DNA of 64,000 bases, taken from the NCBI RefSeq assembly GCF_963921235.1, contig NC_086097.1, forward strand, positions 234,920,001-234,984,000, in the 5' to 3' direction. This DNA comes from Mobula hypostoma (Eukaryota). The notes beneath the pieces were generated by a model that did no database searches, was not told the origin of the DNA, and saw nothing but the letters and a program-made list of their open reading frames with translations. A program made the position numbers and the translations under genes. This document shows, piece after piece, positions 10,941-23,259 of the stretch (its first letter is position 1; every line of letters begins with the position of its first letter).

Positions 10941-12892
10941 TGTTTTGAAAACCATAAGGCCCATCAGTAATGTGTCAAAAATATCTGTGTTATCATTCTC
11001 AAGATGGGAACGATATTTGGTTAATTACCTTCATTTTCCAGAAGTCTTTTCCCCATTTGTTTCATTGTGCAATTGATTCCAGAAACAAAAGATGACACTA
11101 GGCAGATTTAGACTTATTTATCACATGTACTTCAAAACATAGTGAAATCTGTCAATTGCATTAACAACCACGGATGTGCAGCCAGTTGGTGTTGCCGCAT
11201 ATTCTCGCACTAGAATAACGTGCTCCTAACGTACAGCCGAACAACACAAGGAATGAGAGCAAAACAACCCTCTTCCCCATCCCTCCCACCATCTTCTCTT
11301 ACACCCAGGCAGGCCTCAACATCTAGGGCAGGATGCCTCAGAACCTCCAGTACTTAAATAGATATAGTGCAATTCATGAGTTTGTCATTGCAGTTTCTAA
11401 TATTCTGTGTCTATGTGCCTAACGACAACACCTCTCACACTAATTACTTGCGCTATCTGCATTGTCTACCTGCTGGACATTCACCCAACCCTTCCTCTCA
11501 CAACCCAGTCCTCGTTTTGCAACCCATGCTGCCAACTTTGAGTTTCTGTTCTATATTCTTCCTCTTAGGGACTGAGCACAATTTACTCTCACTAATTTTG
11601 AGAAACGAGGTGCACAATGGTGAGGTCAATCTTGAAGACAGAGATTCTGGCACAGGTTTCAATAGGATTCCCAGCCTATAGATTCAAAGATGAAAGAGAT
11701 AGGGAGTAGAAAAAAAATGAAAGGAAAATAAAATGTAGTTTAACCATTAAAATTAACTTAACTTTTTTTTAAACCAAATTTAATGTACCTTTCTTCAAAG
11801 ATTCTTTTCAGAGTTAGTTTTTGTTAAAATGTGCCTTATTGTCAGGGAGATCTTAATGCTAAATTTTATATCTTCGACAGAAGACAGAGTTTCAGGACTG
11901 GGCTGCCTGAGGCCTTCTCACGGAAACTTTGTGGCTTGACTCCAAGTTTTGAAGACTAGCAATGTCAGCTCCCCCCATAGAAGTAGAGCACTAAATGTGG
12001 ATCACAAGCCTATGATCAGCTCCAATACCTCTCGTCCACTGAAGCGCCAAGCAAGATTGAAATAGATGAGGAGGAGAGTGGAAAGTGAATGGGCGTTCAG
12101 TGTCTGCATTTGACCAGTCTCTCTCTGCTGCCAGAGGAAGATGCAGGAGTCTTAGGACCCACGCTGGAAGGTGTGACAGGTGCAGCTCATGGTTGTGGAC
12201 TTGTGTTTGGAGGAAAGGCTCTGCAGTTCATGTGACATGTGTTTTTTGATTCTGTTTGGTTTGTTATTTTGCATGATTTGATCAGGGCACTTTGGCACGG
12301 ACTAGCACTGCCCTCTGCAGTCAACGAACAACACAGCGCTATTCTGAAATAAACGAAACTGAACAGACCAGGACAGTTTCAAGGATGCTGTTCTTAATGT
12401 TTAATATTCTGTGTGCCATTCACTCCATTTTGCCAGGTGTGCAATTTGTTCTTTTTATCGTGCTTTGGTGTTTGATGCTTTTCTTTGAGTGGGTTCGATG
12501 GTGTGTCTTTGCTCAGTGGCTGCCTGCAGAGGGAATTGCATTCTCAGAATTGTACAGTCTTAGGCACACATATATATATATATATATAACTAGGATGTCC
12601 AAGACTATTGCACTGTACTGTATTTGTCAACATGGAGTGGAGAGTGAGTTCATAAATCTGGTGGGAGCAAATGATGTAGGGAATGGTGAGGATGGAGCAC
12701 TGCAGGATGGGTATGGAATAGGCAGCAGAGGAGGAGTGTCGGAGTGGAGTATGGCACGGGAGCAGACACACCAGGCATGGTCATTTGATTCCAATTGATC
12801 TTGAAAGAATGTCTCTATGGTGTTTCCTACTCCTTCCCACTTTTCCCCTCTTCCTGCCCCCTTCCCACTCAGCCCACAATGGAGAATTGTAC

Positions 12893-13655
12893 TGTTATGA
12901 TTTCGTAGCGTACCAGCGGCAAGAGATGACAAATTGAGTTGGGTTTTAATATTAAAACCACTACTTATTTACATCCACTGAAAAATATAGAAAATTAAAT
13001 AAACTCCTTTCTTAAACAGAACTTAACAGTGTTATGCATCTATAGCTCCCTTACAGTCAAACTTAGAATCCATTCTTAACAAATCTTACTCAAGCACAGT
13101 CTTAAAATGGCAGTTCAGGGAGTTCCAGTAATTCACCAAATAGGTGAGAGGAGAGACTTGTGGATTCACAATGCAGCGACGAGGCGATCACGACGAATTC
13201 CAAAGATCCCACGGCTAGCGAACGAAGAAACGGATACCGAAGATCCCAGCTGAGGAATACTGTTCCAAAGTCCACAAAGAGCGATGTCACAAAGTGACTG
13301 TCACGAAATTCACACCCGTGGAACATACGAAGGACAGTGACGTCTCCACAATGCACAGTGTGCCGCTGATTAACCCTATTCTTTGGGTATGGATAAGCAT
13401 TAGACTTTACCCTTCTCGATCATGAGCTGTTCCCGGATAGCTTGAAGCCTGCGATCTTCACTCTCTTTCGCTCTTTCCTTTGACTCCTCCTCAGCACTAT
13501 GCCCACACTTATTTTATACCGATGGCATACATCATAAGGTAACGCTCACAGAAACAAAACTGTGGACCCCCAGTAAAATGAATCTGGGGACACGTGACGC
13601 CCACAGTAAACAAAACTATGGACTCCCAGGAAAACAAAACTGTGGACATGTAACA
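12893..13655 (-). mobile_element. Solo LTR, probably Gypsy-type
   Basis: Termini TGTTA...TAACA, flanked by GTAC (12889-92) and GTAT (13656-59), a 4-bp TSD with one mismatch. TATA-like TATAAAA on minus at about 13512-13518. Short internal repeats (ACAAAACTGTGGAC-like x3). Strand is inferred. Confidence 0.75.
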
Positions 13656-13743
13656 GTATCAGAATCAGTTTTAGCATCACCCATATATGTCATGAAATTA
13701 GGTTTCTTTAAGCAGAAGTATGGTACAATACATAAAATTGCTA

Positions 13744-13821
13744 CAGTACTGTGCAAAAGTCTTAGACACTAGCTACATATATAGTATGACTTACAGAGCC
13801 TGAGGCTTCTGCACAGTACTG
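13744..13821. mobile_element. Tc1/mariner-derived MITE (related copies at about 12552-12622 and 14582-14801)
   Basis: TA|CAGTACTGTGCAAAAGTCTTAG...CTGAGGCTTCTGCACAGTACTG|TA, i.e. TIRs plus TA target duplication. Confidence 0.8.
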
Positions 13822-14595
13822 TACACACACTTTGACAATAAATGTACTTTGAATCTTCTGAATCCTTCAATCTTTGACCATCACAAGAGCCATTTGGTAA
13901 GCATCTAAACAAATCAGCACTGATATTTGGAAGTGGTGTGGAGAAGTGGGCCAATTCCACATCAGTCTTTTTGCACAGTAGCGCAGCACTGCAGAACATA
14001 GAACAGCACAGACATAGATCTATATGCCAGATTAATTAAATTAGCAATCAAATCTTCATCTACACTAATCCTTTTTGCCTACACTACTTCCATGTTCTCT
14101 AACCTGGACAGCATCCTTGTAAATCTATTCTGCACCCTCTACAAATCCGCAATATCTTCTCTATAATGCAGCAAACAGAGCACTCCAGAATCACCAAATG
14201 ACTAGTTTAACGCATTGCTCAATCCTGTAGTGAGAGAAAAAAAAATGGTTACTGATTTTCACAGGCTTTTGGAAGGTAGCCCATGTTAATTCTGAAATGG
14301 AAAACAAATTTTGAAATTATCTTTAAGTTGTGCTTTAAAGAGTCAATAATGAAAATATCAGAATCAGGCTTATTGTCACTGACAAGTCATGAAATTTGTT
14401 GCTTTGTGACAGCAATACAGTGCAACAGATTTTAAAAAACTATATTGTATGTTAAAATAATGCAACAATCAAATTGTGCAAAAAGAAAAATAGTGACAGA
14501 GTTAATGGTCCATTCAGAAACCTGATGGAGCGGAAGAATCTGTTTCTAAAACGTTGAGTGTGTCTTCAGGATCATGTAGCACAGTAGTGTGCAAA

Positions 14596-14739
14596 TATAT
14601 ATCATAGACAATATAACACAGACAATGCATACGACCTTGGGCGATCTTAGTTGGGTAGCTTCCGACAAGAAGGCTTGGTGTGCAGGAGTTCATGTGGTCA
14701 CAAAGAGTCAGACTCTACTTAATGACTGAACAACAACAA
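14596..14739 (+). mobile_element. BovB-like RTE 3' end with (AAC)n tail and 10-bp TSD, inserted in a Tc1 MITE TIR
   Basis: Encodes IDNITQTMHTTLGDLSWVASDKKAWCAGVHVVTKSQTLLND*, resembling the BovB C-terminus. TSD AGTGTGCAAA at 14586-95 and 14740-49. Confidence 0.78.
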
Positions 14740-16359
14740 AGTGTGCAAAAGTCTTAGGGCTTATATATAGCTATGGTGCTTAAGATATTTCCATAGTACT
14801 GTAATAATTTTATGTATTGCATTTTACTGCTGCCGCAAAGGGGGAATAATTCATGGGATATGGGAGTGATAATTCTGATATGGGATTGTACTGTGGAGGG
14901 AGAGTGGGAAGGGGGCAGGGAGAGGGGAATCATGATTTGGAAATGGAGAAGGGAGAGGGGAGGGAGCTGGAAGCACCAGAGATATATAGAAATACATCTC
15001 TTATGAAACTTCTGTACAGTACACTCAGAAATATCACATATGGCAGTGAATTACAATATCACATAAATTTCCGACATGACAATTCTCAATATGTTCTCAA
15101 TCTTTGATGAGAAGTAACAGAAAGTAGTGTTCTTTGAAAATGGTTCCAACTCATTTAATGAATGATTTATGAATGCAATTAATTGTACTTTTGCTTTTTA
15201 TTAAATGTACAGAAGCCCTGAATCTTGGCCCAACTGTTGAGAATCTTGATTACCATGACATTTTAAATATTACTGTACAAGGCATTGGTGGTATAAAATG
15301 TTTTATTTATTGTGTGATGGATTGATTTTCTAATTAGTTTTCACACTGTTAAATGCAATGGCACCCACTTTAATATTCCGGGATTACTTTAGAACATTGG
15401 CAACACTAGAGTAGTTAAAATCTCCCAGAAATGCACCAGTGTTAAAATTCTCCTCTCAATATACAGCTTCTGGATAAAAAATTGATTGAAGCTGCCACCT
15501 GCAAATCATTTCTTGATGGGTTTCTGGATATAAACAATCACTTCAGGAAGCGAAGAGGGAAGAAAAGCAGACATTTACTAGATTCCAGCTAATAGACTAT
15601 TCCTTCCCATAGCCTCCCATTTCAAATTGAAAATAAGTCAGAATCAGGTTTGTCATCACTGATATGACTTAAAATTAGCTGTTTTGCAGTGGCAGTAGAG
15701 TGAAAAAACAAAATTATTATGATTTACAAAATAAATAACTAGCGCAACAAAGAAATTAGGTTCATGGCTTGTGTACTGTTCAGAATTTGAATGGCAGAGG
15801 GGAAGAAGCTGTTTCTCAATTATTGAATATGGGTCTTCAGTCTCCAGTCATTACTCAGTGATGGTAGTTACAAGAAGCAGGCGTGTTCCATATGATGAGG
15901 GTCTGTAATAATAAATGGCACTTTCTTGAAACACGGCCTTTTGAAGACACCCTCCTATGTCCCCAGACTGAGTTCCTCCAGCATTTTGTATGCGTTGCTT
16001 GGATTTCCAGCATCTGCAGAGGTTCTCTTGTTTGTGCTTAAAATAGCTGCCTGGGTGGTTCCTACCATGACACGAACATGTTCATTAGTGCATACTGTTA
16101 TGTTTTGTAATTTCAAAACATTAAATTCAAATGAAGATGCAGGAGTCTGAAATGCTGGTCTAATTTCAGATTTACTTTAAGCGAGGCATGCTGCATGTAT
16201 TACATGATAGTGAGATAAGGTATGCTATTCATGTATTTATACATATAACCCATAATGAATTACTTAAAAATGCTTAATCAATGTTTACATATACACACAT
16301 ATACATACAAACAAGATTACTCAAATATAACTGGAATATTAAATAAACATGTGAACATC

Positions 16360-16710
16360 AAATCCAAGAAATAGGCCATTCAGCCCCTCAAATCTTCTGC
16401 ACCATTCAATGACCATGACTGATTTGTCTCACCTCAGTCAGTTCTACATAGCCCCCAATTCTCTAAACTTTCAAAACTACCTGTCATTTTTTAAATAGTC
16501 CAATAATCTTAGCAATTGCAATCTTCTGAGGTGGAGAATATTGTAGATCCACTTCCTTTGAGAGTACAAGTTTATTAGCAATTCAGTCTTGAATGGCCAC
16601 CCACTAATCTTGTAACTGTGTTCTTTTGTGAATAGTTTACACACTATTGGAAACATATTGATATCTACCCTGTGATGATCCAAGTGATCTTTTACATGTC
16701 AATGAGGTCC
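16360..16710 (-). mobile_element. Old CR1 3' fragment, left half; continues at about 22130-22440
   Basis: AGGCCATTCAGCCCCTC 3'UTR and HSYKISGWPFKTE motif. CR1 sequence resumes after the RTE insertion. Confidence 0.7.
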
Positions 16711-17176
16711 TCCTCCTCCACCATCTCACACACTTAGATTGGTTAATTCTTTCACAGTGTCCATATATTTTCTTCTTTGCCTTCCTCTTCCACGTTTCCC
16801 AGGCATACGGCCTTGCAATGTAAGGCATTCTATTTCTCCCTTTCTGATGACATAGCCCAGGAATTTAAGTTTCCTCTCATTTAATGTTCTCATTAAAGAT
16901 CTTTTTGTATGGACACGTTGGAGTACTCTCTTATTAGTTACCCTATCTTGATATGGTATTTTCAGCATTCTGAGAAACCACATTTCTGTTGCTTCTAAGT
17001 TTCTTTGGAGTTCTGGTGTTATAGTCCATCTTTCGAAAGCATACAGCAAGATTGACCAGATGTAACATTTTAGTAGCCTAAGCCTCGTTGTCATAGAAAT
17101 GTGTCTGTTGGTAAAACTGGGTTTCATTTTTTGGAAGTTGATTTTGGCAATGGCACTTCTTTTTAATTCTACTTTA

Positions 17177-19345
17177 GAAACATAGAAACATAGAAAATAG
17201 GTGCAGGAGTAGGCCATTCGGCCCTTCGAGCCTGCACCGCCATTTATTATGATCATGGCTGATCATCCAACTCAGAACCCCGCCCCAGCCTTCCCTCCAT
17301 ACCCCCTGACCCCCGTAGCCACAAGGGCCATATCTAACTCCCTCTTAAATATAGCCAATGAACTGGCCTCAACTGTTTCCTGTGGCAGAGAATTCCACAG
17401 ATTCACCACTCTCTGTGTGAAGAAGTTTTTCCTAATCTCGGTCCTAAAAGGCTTCCCCTCTATCCTCAAACTGTGGTCGCTCGTTCTGGACTTCCCCAAC
17501 ATTGGGAACAATCTTCCTGCATCTAGCCTGTCCAATCCCTTTAGGATCTTATATGTTTCAATCAGATCCCCCCTCAATCTTCTAAATTCCAACGAGTACA
17601 AGCCCAGTTCATCCAGTCTTTCTTCACATGAAAGTCCTGCCATCCCAGGAATCAATCTGGTAAACCTTCTTTGTACTCCCTCTATGGCAAAGATGTCTTT
17701 CCTCAGATTAGGGGACCAAAACTGCACACAATACTCCAGGTGTGGTCTCACCAAGGCCTTGTACAACTGCAGTAGTACCTCCCTGCTCCTGTACTCGAAT
17801 CCTCTCGCTATAAATGCCAGTATACCATTCGCCTTTTTCACCGCCTGCTGTACCTGCATACCCACTTTCAATGACTGGTGTATAATCACACCCAGGTCTC
17901 GTTGCACCTCCCCTTTTCCTAATCGGCCACCATTCAGATAATAATCTGTTTTCCTATTTTTGCCACCAAAGTGGATAACTTCACATTTATCCACATTAAA
18001 TTGCATCTGCCATGAATTTGCCCACTCACCCAACCTATCCAAGTCACCCTGCATCCTCTTAGCATCCTCCTCACTGCTAACACTGCCACCCAGCTTCGTG
18101 TCATCCGCAAACTTGGAGATGCTGCATTTAATTCCCTCATCCAAGTCATTAATATATATTGTAAACAACTGGGGTCCCAGCACTGAGCCTTGCGGTACCC
18201 CACTAGTCACTGCCTGCCATTCTGAAAAGGTCCCGTTTATTCCCACTCTTTGCTTCCTGTCTGCTAACCAATTCTCCACCCACACCAATACCTTACCCCC
18301 AATACCGTGTGCTTTAAGTTTGCACCCTAATCTCCTGTGTGGGACCTTGTCAAAAGCCTTTTGAAAATCCAAATATACCACATCCACTGGTTCTCCCCTA
18401 TCCACTCTACTAGTTACATCCTCAAAAAATTCTATGAGATTCGTCAGACATGATTTTCCTTTCACAAATCCATGCTGACTTTGTCCGATGATTTCACCGC
18501 TTTCCAAATGTGCTGTTATCACATCCTTGATAACTGACTCCAGCAGTTTCCCCACCACCGACGTTAGGCTAACCAGTCTATAATTCCCCGGTTTCTCTCT
18601 CCCTCCTTTTTTAAAAAGTGGGGTTACATTAGCCACCCTCCAATCCTCAGGAACTAGTCCAGAATCTAACGAGTTTTGAAAAATTATCACTAATGCATCC
18701 ACTATTTCTTGGGCTACTTCCTTAAGCACTCTAGGATGCAGACCATCTGGCCCTGGGGATTTATCTGCCTTCAATCCCTTCAATTTACCTAACACCACTT
18801 CCCTACTAACATGTATTTCACTCAGTTCCTCCAGCTTACTGGACCCTCTGTCCCCTACTATTTCTGGAAGATTATTTATGTCCTCCTTAGTGAAGACAGA
18901 ACCAAAGTAATTATTCAATTGGTCTGCCATGTCCTTGCTCCCCATAATCAATTCACCTGTTTCTGTCTGCAAGGGACCTACATTTGTCTTTACCAGTCTT
19001 TTCCTTTTTACATATCTATAAAAGCTTTTACAGTCCATTTTTATGTTCTTTGCCAGTTTTCTCTCATAATATTTTCTCCCCCTTCCTAATTAAGCCCTTT
19101 GTCCTCCTCTGCTGAACTCTGAATTTCTCCCAGTCCTCAGGTGAGCTGCTTTTTCTGGCTAATTTGTATGTTTCTTCTTTGGAATTGATACTATCCCTAA
19201 TTTCCCTTGTCAGCCACGGGTGCACTACCTTCCCTGATTTATTCTTTTGCCAAACTGGGATGAACAATTGTTGTAGTTCATCCATGCAACCTTTAAATGC
19301 TTGCCATTGCATATCCACCGTCAATCCTTTAAGTGTCATTTGCCA
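17177..19345 (-). mobile_element. Young 5'-truncated CR1 LINE nested in the RTE
   Basis: Tail (TTTCTATG)n at 17177-17198. Flanking TTTA at 17173-76 and 19346-49. Removing it restores the RTE reading QDARSK|VELKR. Confidence 0.95.
17272..19038 (-). CDS. CR1 ORF2 reverse transcriptase region, 588 uninterrupted codons (5'-truncated, no endonuclease)
   Basis: KSPGPDG, YLDFQKAFDKV, GVPQGSVLGP, FADDTK, RPHLEYCVQFW. Homology extends upstream to 19345 across one frameshift near 19075-19082. Confidence 0.9.
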   Translation of the reverse strand: MDCKSFYRYVKRKRLVKTNVGPLQTETGELIMGSKDMADQLNNYFGSVFTKEDINNLPEIVGDRGSSKLEELSEIHVSREVVLGKLKGLKADKSPGPDGLHPRVLKEVAQEIVDALVIIFQNSLDSGLVPEDWRVANVTPLFKKGGREKPGNYRLVSLTSVVGKLLESVIKDVITAHLESGEIIGQSQHGFVKGKSCLTNLIEFFEDVTSRVDRGEPVDVVYLDFQKAFDKVPHRRLGCKLKAHGIGGKVLVWVENWLADRKQRVGINGTFSEWQAVTSGVPQGSVLGPQLFTIYINDLDEGIKCSISKFADDTKLGGSVSSEEDAKRMQGDLDRLGEWANSWQMQFNVDKCEVIHFGGKNRKTDYYLNGGRLGKGEVQRDLGVIIHQSLKVGMQVQQAVKKANGILAFIARGFEYRSREVLLQLYKALVRPHLEYCVQFWSPNLRKDIFAIEGVQRRFTRLIPGMAGLSCEERLDELGLYSLEFRRLRGDLIETYKILKGLDRLDAGRLFPMLGKSRTSDHSLRIEGKPFRTEIRKNFFTQRVVNLWNSLPQETVEASSLAIFKRELDMALVATGVRGYGGKAGAGF

Positions 19346-22300
19346 TTTACTTCTAGCATCTTGTGATATAAAGCTATGAAGGTAATTAAAGCTGGTCTTT
19401 TGCTCAATCTCTTGGTTACTAATATACAATTGGCAGTTGGGAGTATCCTGCTGTTTTGATATTACCATACATTTTTTTTTAATACAGTTGGTGTTTAGAC
19501 CAAAATCTGCACTTGTTTGTACTACTTTGTCTAGGAGGATTTGTAGGTCCTCTGCAGCACTTGCTCTTAGGGAGGTATCGTCTGCATATCTTGTATTGTT
19601 GATATTAACAACTCCAATTTTTATCCCATCTAGGTCTTCTATTTCTCTGAGAATCATTTCACTATAGATATTAAATTATTCCGGTGAGGTGACACATCCC
19701 TGTCTAACTCCTCTTTGAATTTTAGTCCAACTGCTTATATTATCATCAATTTTTACCACCACAGTTTGATTCCAATATAAATTTTGAAGCAGTTGTTGGT
19801 CCCTTCTGTCAATGTTTAGTTTAGCAAGAATTTGAAATAATTTTTCATGTTACACTTTGTCAAATGCTTTAGTGAAATCAATAAAATATAAAAAGACATC
19901 ATTTTGATATTCAATTGCCCTTTCTGAAAGCATTCGTAGTATGAAAATTGCATTCCTAGTTCCTCTATCCTCAATAAACCCATATTGCATTTTAGAAGTT
20001 TCTGGTCTTGTTTTTAAATTTGACTCAGAACAATTCTCCACAAAATCTTTATTATGTGACTCATAAGACTGATTGTTCTATAATTTTCGCAGTCAATAGT
20101 TCTAGGAATTTTTGGCAGAGCTATAAATACTGATTTCAACAGATCATCAGTCAATACACCAGGCTCATATATGCCATTAATCAGTTCAAAAAAAATATCT
20201 ATGCCCAGATCTTCTAGGGCTTGTGTCTTTTCCACTGAAATTTCATCAGGTCCAGTGGCTTTACCATGTTTTATGTTTTTCATTGCTTTAGTTATTTCTT
20301 CTTTGGTAATAGGTGGGCCAGAATTAGGGTGATTAATATTTGGGGGTTCCCTCTATTAACTTCAAAAAGCTGCTCTATATACTGAATCCACCTCTCACAT
20401 ACTTTATCTGGATCTGTTAGTATGGATCCATCTGCTGATCTTATGCATCCCGTACAGGAGGTTTTAATTCCAGTAATTTCCTTAATTTTCTTGTGCATTT
20501 CTTTGCTGTTGTTAATATGGCCTTTGACTTAGTTACATTTTTGATTCAGCTATTCTTCCTTTGCAATATTGCACAATTGTCAGTCTAGCTCTGTATTGCC
20601 CTTCATTATTCTTCACTCACCATTGTTCCATCAGATCTAGAATTTCTTTGGTTATCCACCCCTTGTCGGTGTGTTGGATTTCTTGCACTGGGATTATCTC
20701 CTCTGCTGATTGCTGTATAGCATATTTAAATCTGTCCCATATAGGTGTTGTTTCATTTAGTTGAGGTGTTCTTCTACAGCTGTTTTGAATTGTTACTTAA
20801 GTATGCTATCATTTTTAACTTCTCCCAACATATACTCCTTTCTCTTTTTTCCACGTCTTTTGTTTTGTTTCTTTAATTTTGTTTTGATGGTAGCAATTAC
20901 TGGATGGTGATCTGAACTACAGTCTGCTCCTGGGTAGGCTTTAGAATTTGTGATATTATTTCTAAAATGTTCATTGATAGTAATGAAATCTATTTGGTTC
21001 CTTGTTCAATCTCCAGGGCTAATCCAAGTACGCAATCTTCGTGGATGGTTTTTATACCAAGTATTGGTGATCACTTGGTTGTTTCTGACACACCAATCAG
21101 TAAACCTTTCTCCATTTTCATTCTTCTCCCCTAATCCGAAAGGTCCTATGATGTTATTAACTCTTTCCTGTCCAACTTTGGAGTTAAAATCTCCTATGAC
21201 TAGTTTTATATCCTGAGATTTACATTGCTCATAAGCACTGTCGAGATCTTTATGAAACTTGTTGATATCATCTTCATCTGCATCATTTGTTGGCTCATAG
21301 GCTTGGATTACGCTAATGTTAACAGAGTTACCCCTTAATTTAACTAAAAGCAGCCGGTCGGATATCACCCAAAATCCCATTAGACATTTTGATACTTGTT
21401 TGTTTAAAATAAGTCCAACTCCATACCTATGCTGTTGACCTCCAGAATACATTATCAGAGAACTATTCTTAGTGAATTTGCTACTGTCAGTCCATCTAAT
21501 TTCTCACAGGCCTAAGATATGAACTTCCAACCTTTTCATTTAATATGTTGTCCAACTTTCCTTTCTGGTAAAGTGTACGGATATTCCTTGCTGCTACCCT
21601 TGGCCTTTCGGTATTGCTTACAGTCTCTGGGTGACAGTCTGGTGTCACCTGCAGCACATGACTACCCCTACCGAGCAAGTGTCGTTCTGCTGATTAGAAT
21701 CAACCCCATTCACGCTGTTGTCTGGTTTCCTTCTTTTGTTACTTCCATGATTGACTCGGCAGAAATTTCAACTGGTTTGCCATTGCCTTATGTTGTCGCA
21801 GTGCTCATCTAACTAGAGCATTTGACATCTACTAGTGTTCCCAATTGGGAATCCTACACTAGACATCGCCCAACCTTTGCTGCTGTTGTTCAAAGACAAT
21901 CCTCCACCAAAGCTCGGAATCCATCTCCCTGCTGCCGGAGACTTCAGTGATTTTAGGTGTCACCACCACCATTGGTCTGGTTATTTTTCTGGTGCCAAAC
22001 ACTCGCCATAGAGCTCCTTCAGCGAGACAGGGTGCACCCGGACCCAAGTCCTACATGAAGGCGGTGTTGTCTTGGTGGGAGAAGCTATATAATCACTACT
22101 GGCATTTTCTGATATTTAGTCAGGACAAACCACCTCATACACCCCTCTAGAATTCAAGTAATATTGATCTAATATTTGACCACTCGTAATAGTAGAAAGC
22201 ATCTCAAGAATTGGTGTAGTGATTATCTTTAATACCTGGAAGGCATATTCTTTCTTAAACAAGGGAACTAAAACTGGACACTACTCCACATGTGACCTTA

Positions 22301-22777
22301 CCAGACTCCCGTACAATTGTAACGCTATCTCCTCATTCCTAAGCTCCAGACATCTTGCAATGCAGACCAAAGCACTATTTGCCTTCCTGACCACTTGTTG
22401 TTCATGCCTGCTAACTTTTTGCAATTTGTGCACAAATTGCAACATATTAGATAGACTGAGATAATAGAGCTAAATGCAAAGGTTTAGAACTAAAATTGAG
22501 CTCTGTACCTGGAAAAGGTTAGCTTAATCTTGAGTAGGTTAAAAGGTCCGAACAACATGAGGGGCCAAAGAGCCTGTACTCTGCTGTTATGTTCTACTTT
22601 GTTCCTTTACCATCTTTCTTTTAGATATTGGTATCCCTTTAGATCCCTCATACCAAAGAGCCCAACCTCTTCATCCCACATCACACCCCACTTGCAAAGT
22701 TTTTAATCATCCTGCCCCACAAGTTTATTGTCAAACCTATCTATAACCTCCTCCAAGAGGACCACAACCTTATCATT

Positions 22778-23140
22778 GGGTTAGGAGACTTGCGTGCCTC
22801 AATGACAGACAGCCAGGTTGGCTAGAGTCACAGCTTCGTGCTTTGGCTCTTGGTAGGGTCACCCTTGCTAAACAGGTCAAAGAGTAGAGGACAGATTAAG
22901 AGTGATCCACCAGTCCTGCAGGTTTGGGGACCGGTGGGGGGTGGGGGGTGCATTCAGCTCTGGACTAACAACCCTGACTAGTAAAACAAAATTGTTATGT
23001 AAACAGCAGTGCTCCTGGGAGCTACTTGACTGACTAATGAAAACAGAAGAAGCTGGTGACAAGATGAAGGAAGCCCTGCACAATGCTAGATGGAAGACCT
23101 TCATTGTTGCTTTAAATGCCAGCAGTGCAATGGGGAGTAA
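22778..23140 (+). mobile_element. Bipartite non-autonomous RTE-derived element
   Basis: RTE-like 5' part (CTCTTGGTAGGGTCACCC...AACAACCCTGACTAGTAAAAC) joined to an RTE-like 3' end (AGATGGAAGACCTTCATTGTTGCTTTAAATGCCAGC). Confidence 0.55.
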
Positions 23141-23259
23141 TTAGGCACTATCTATATACAGAGCCCTGATATCCTAATCACAACATGCACAGCCTCCTAC
23201 TTTTGGGACATTGGCAACCTTAGTGTCTTTTATTTTTCTCCTTTATCCATATCATTCAT

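Larger units (their letters stand above)
16712..22130 (-). mobile_element. Near full-length degenerate RTE-clade LINE (about 3.2 kb without the nested CR1)
   Basis: 5'UTR motif GGCAATGGCAAACCA. APE motifs (LVIGDFNSK, DCSSDHHPV). RT motifs (KATGPDEI, FIDFTKAFDKV, RYADD). C-terminal GKRGRGRQR. Multiple stops and frameshifts. Confidence 0.92.

Noticed and set aside
12292..12798. 168-aa ORF with hydrophobic stretch
   Set aside because: Runs across a repeat tail, a Tc1 MITE with (TA)n and another repeat; no domain.
13545..13650. Short spaced direct repeats, superficially CRISPR-like
   Set aside because: Irregular, degenerate, inside an LTR in a vertebrate genome, and no cas genes.
16726..17256. 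176-aa minus-strand ORF
   Set aside because: CR1 3'UTR and tail reading through into the RTE C-terminus; insertion artefact.
17249..18364. 230-aa and 134-aa plus-strand ORFs
   Set aside because: Antisense shadows of the CR1 RT ORF.
19064..19657. 197-aa ORF with YADD that looks like a novel chimeric RT
   Set aside because: Chance in-frame junction between the dead RTE RT and the 5' edge of the nested CR1 at 19345/19346.
21990..22130. HDV-like ribozyme at the RTE 5' end
   Set aside because: Only simple hairpins found by eye; P1/P1.1/P3 could not be assigned, so not called without a descriptor search.
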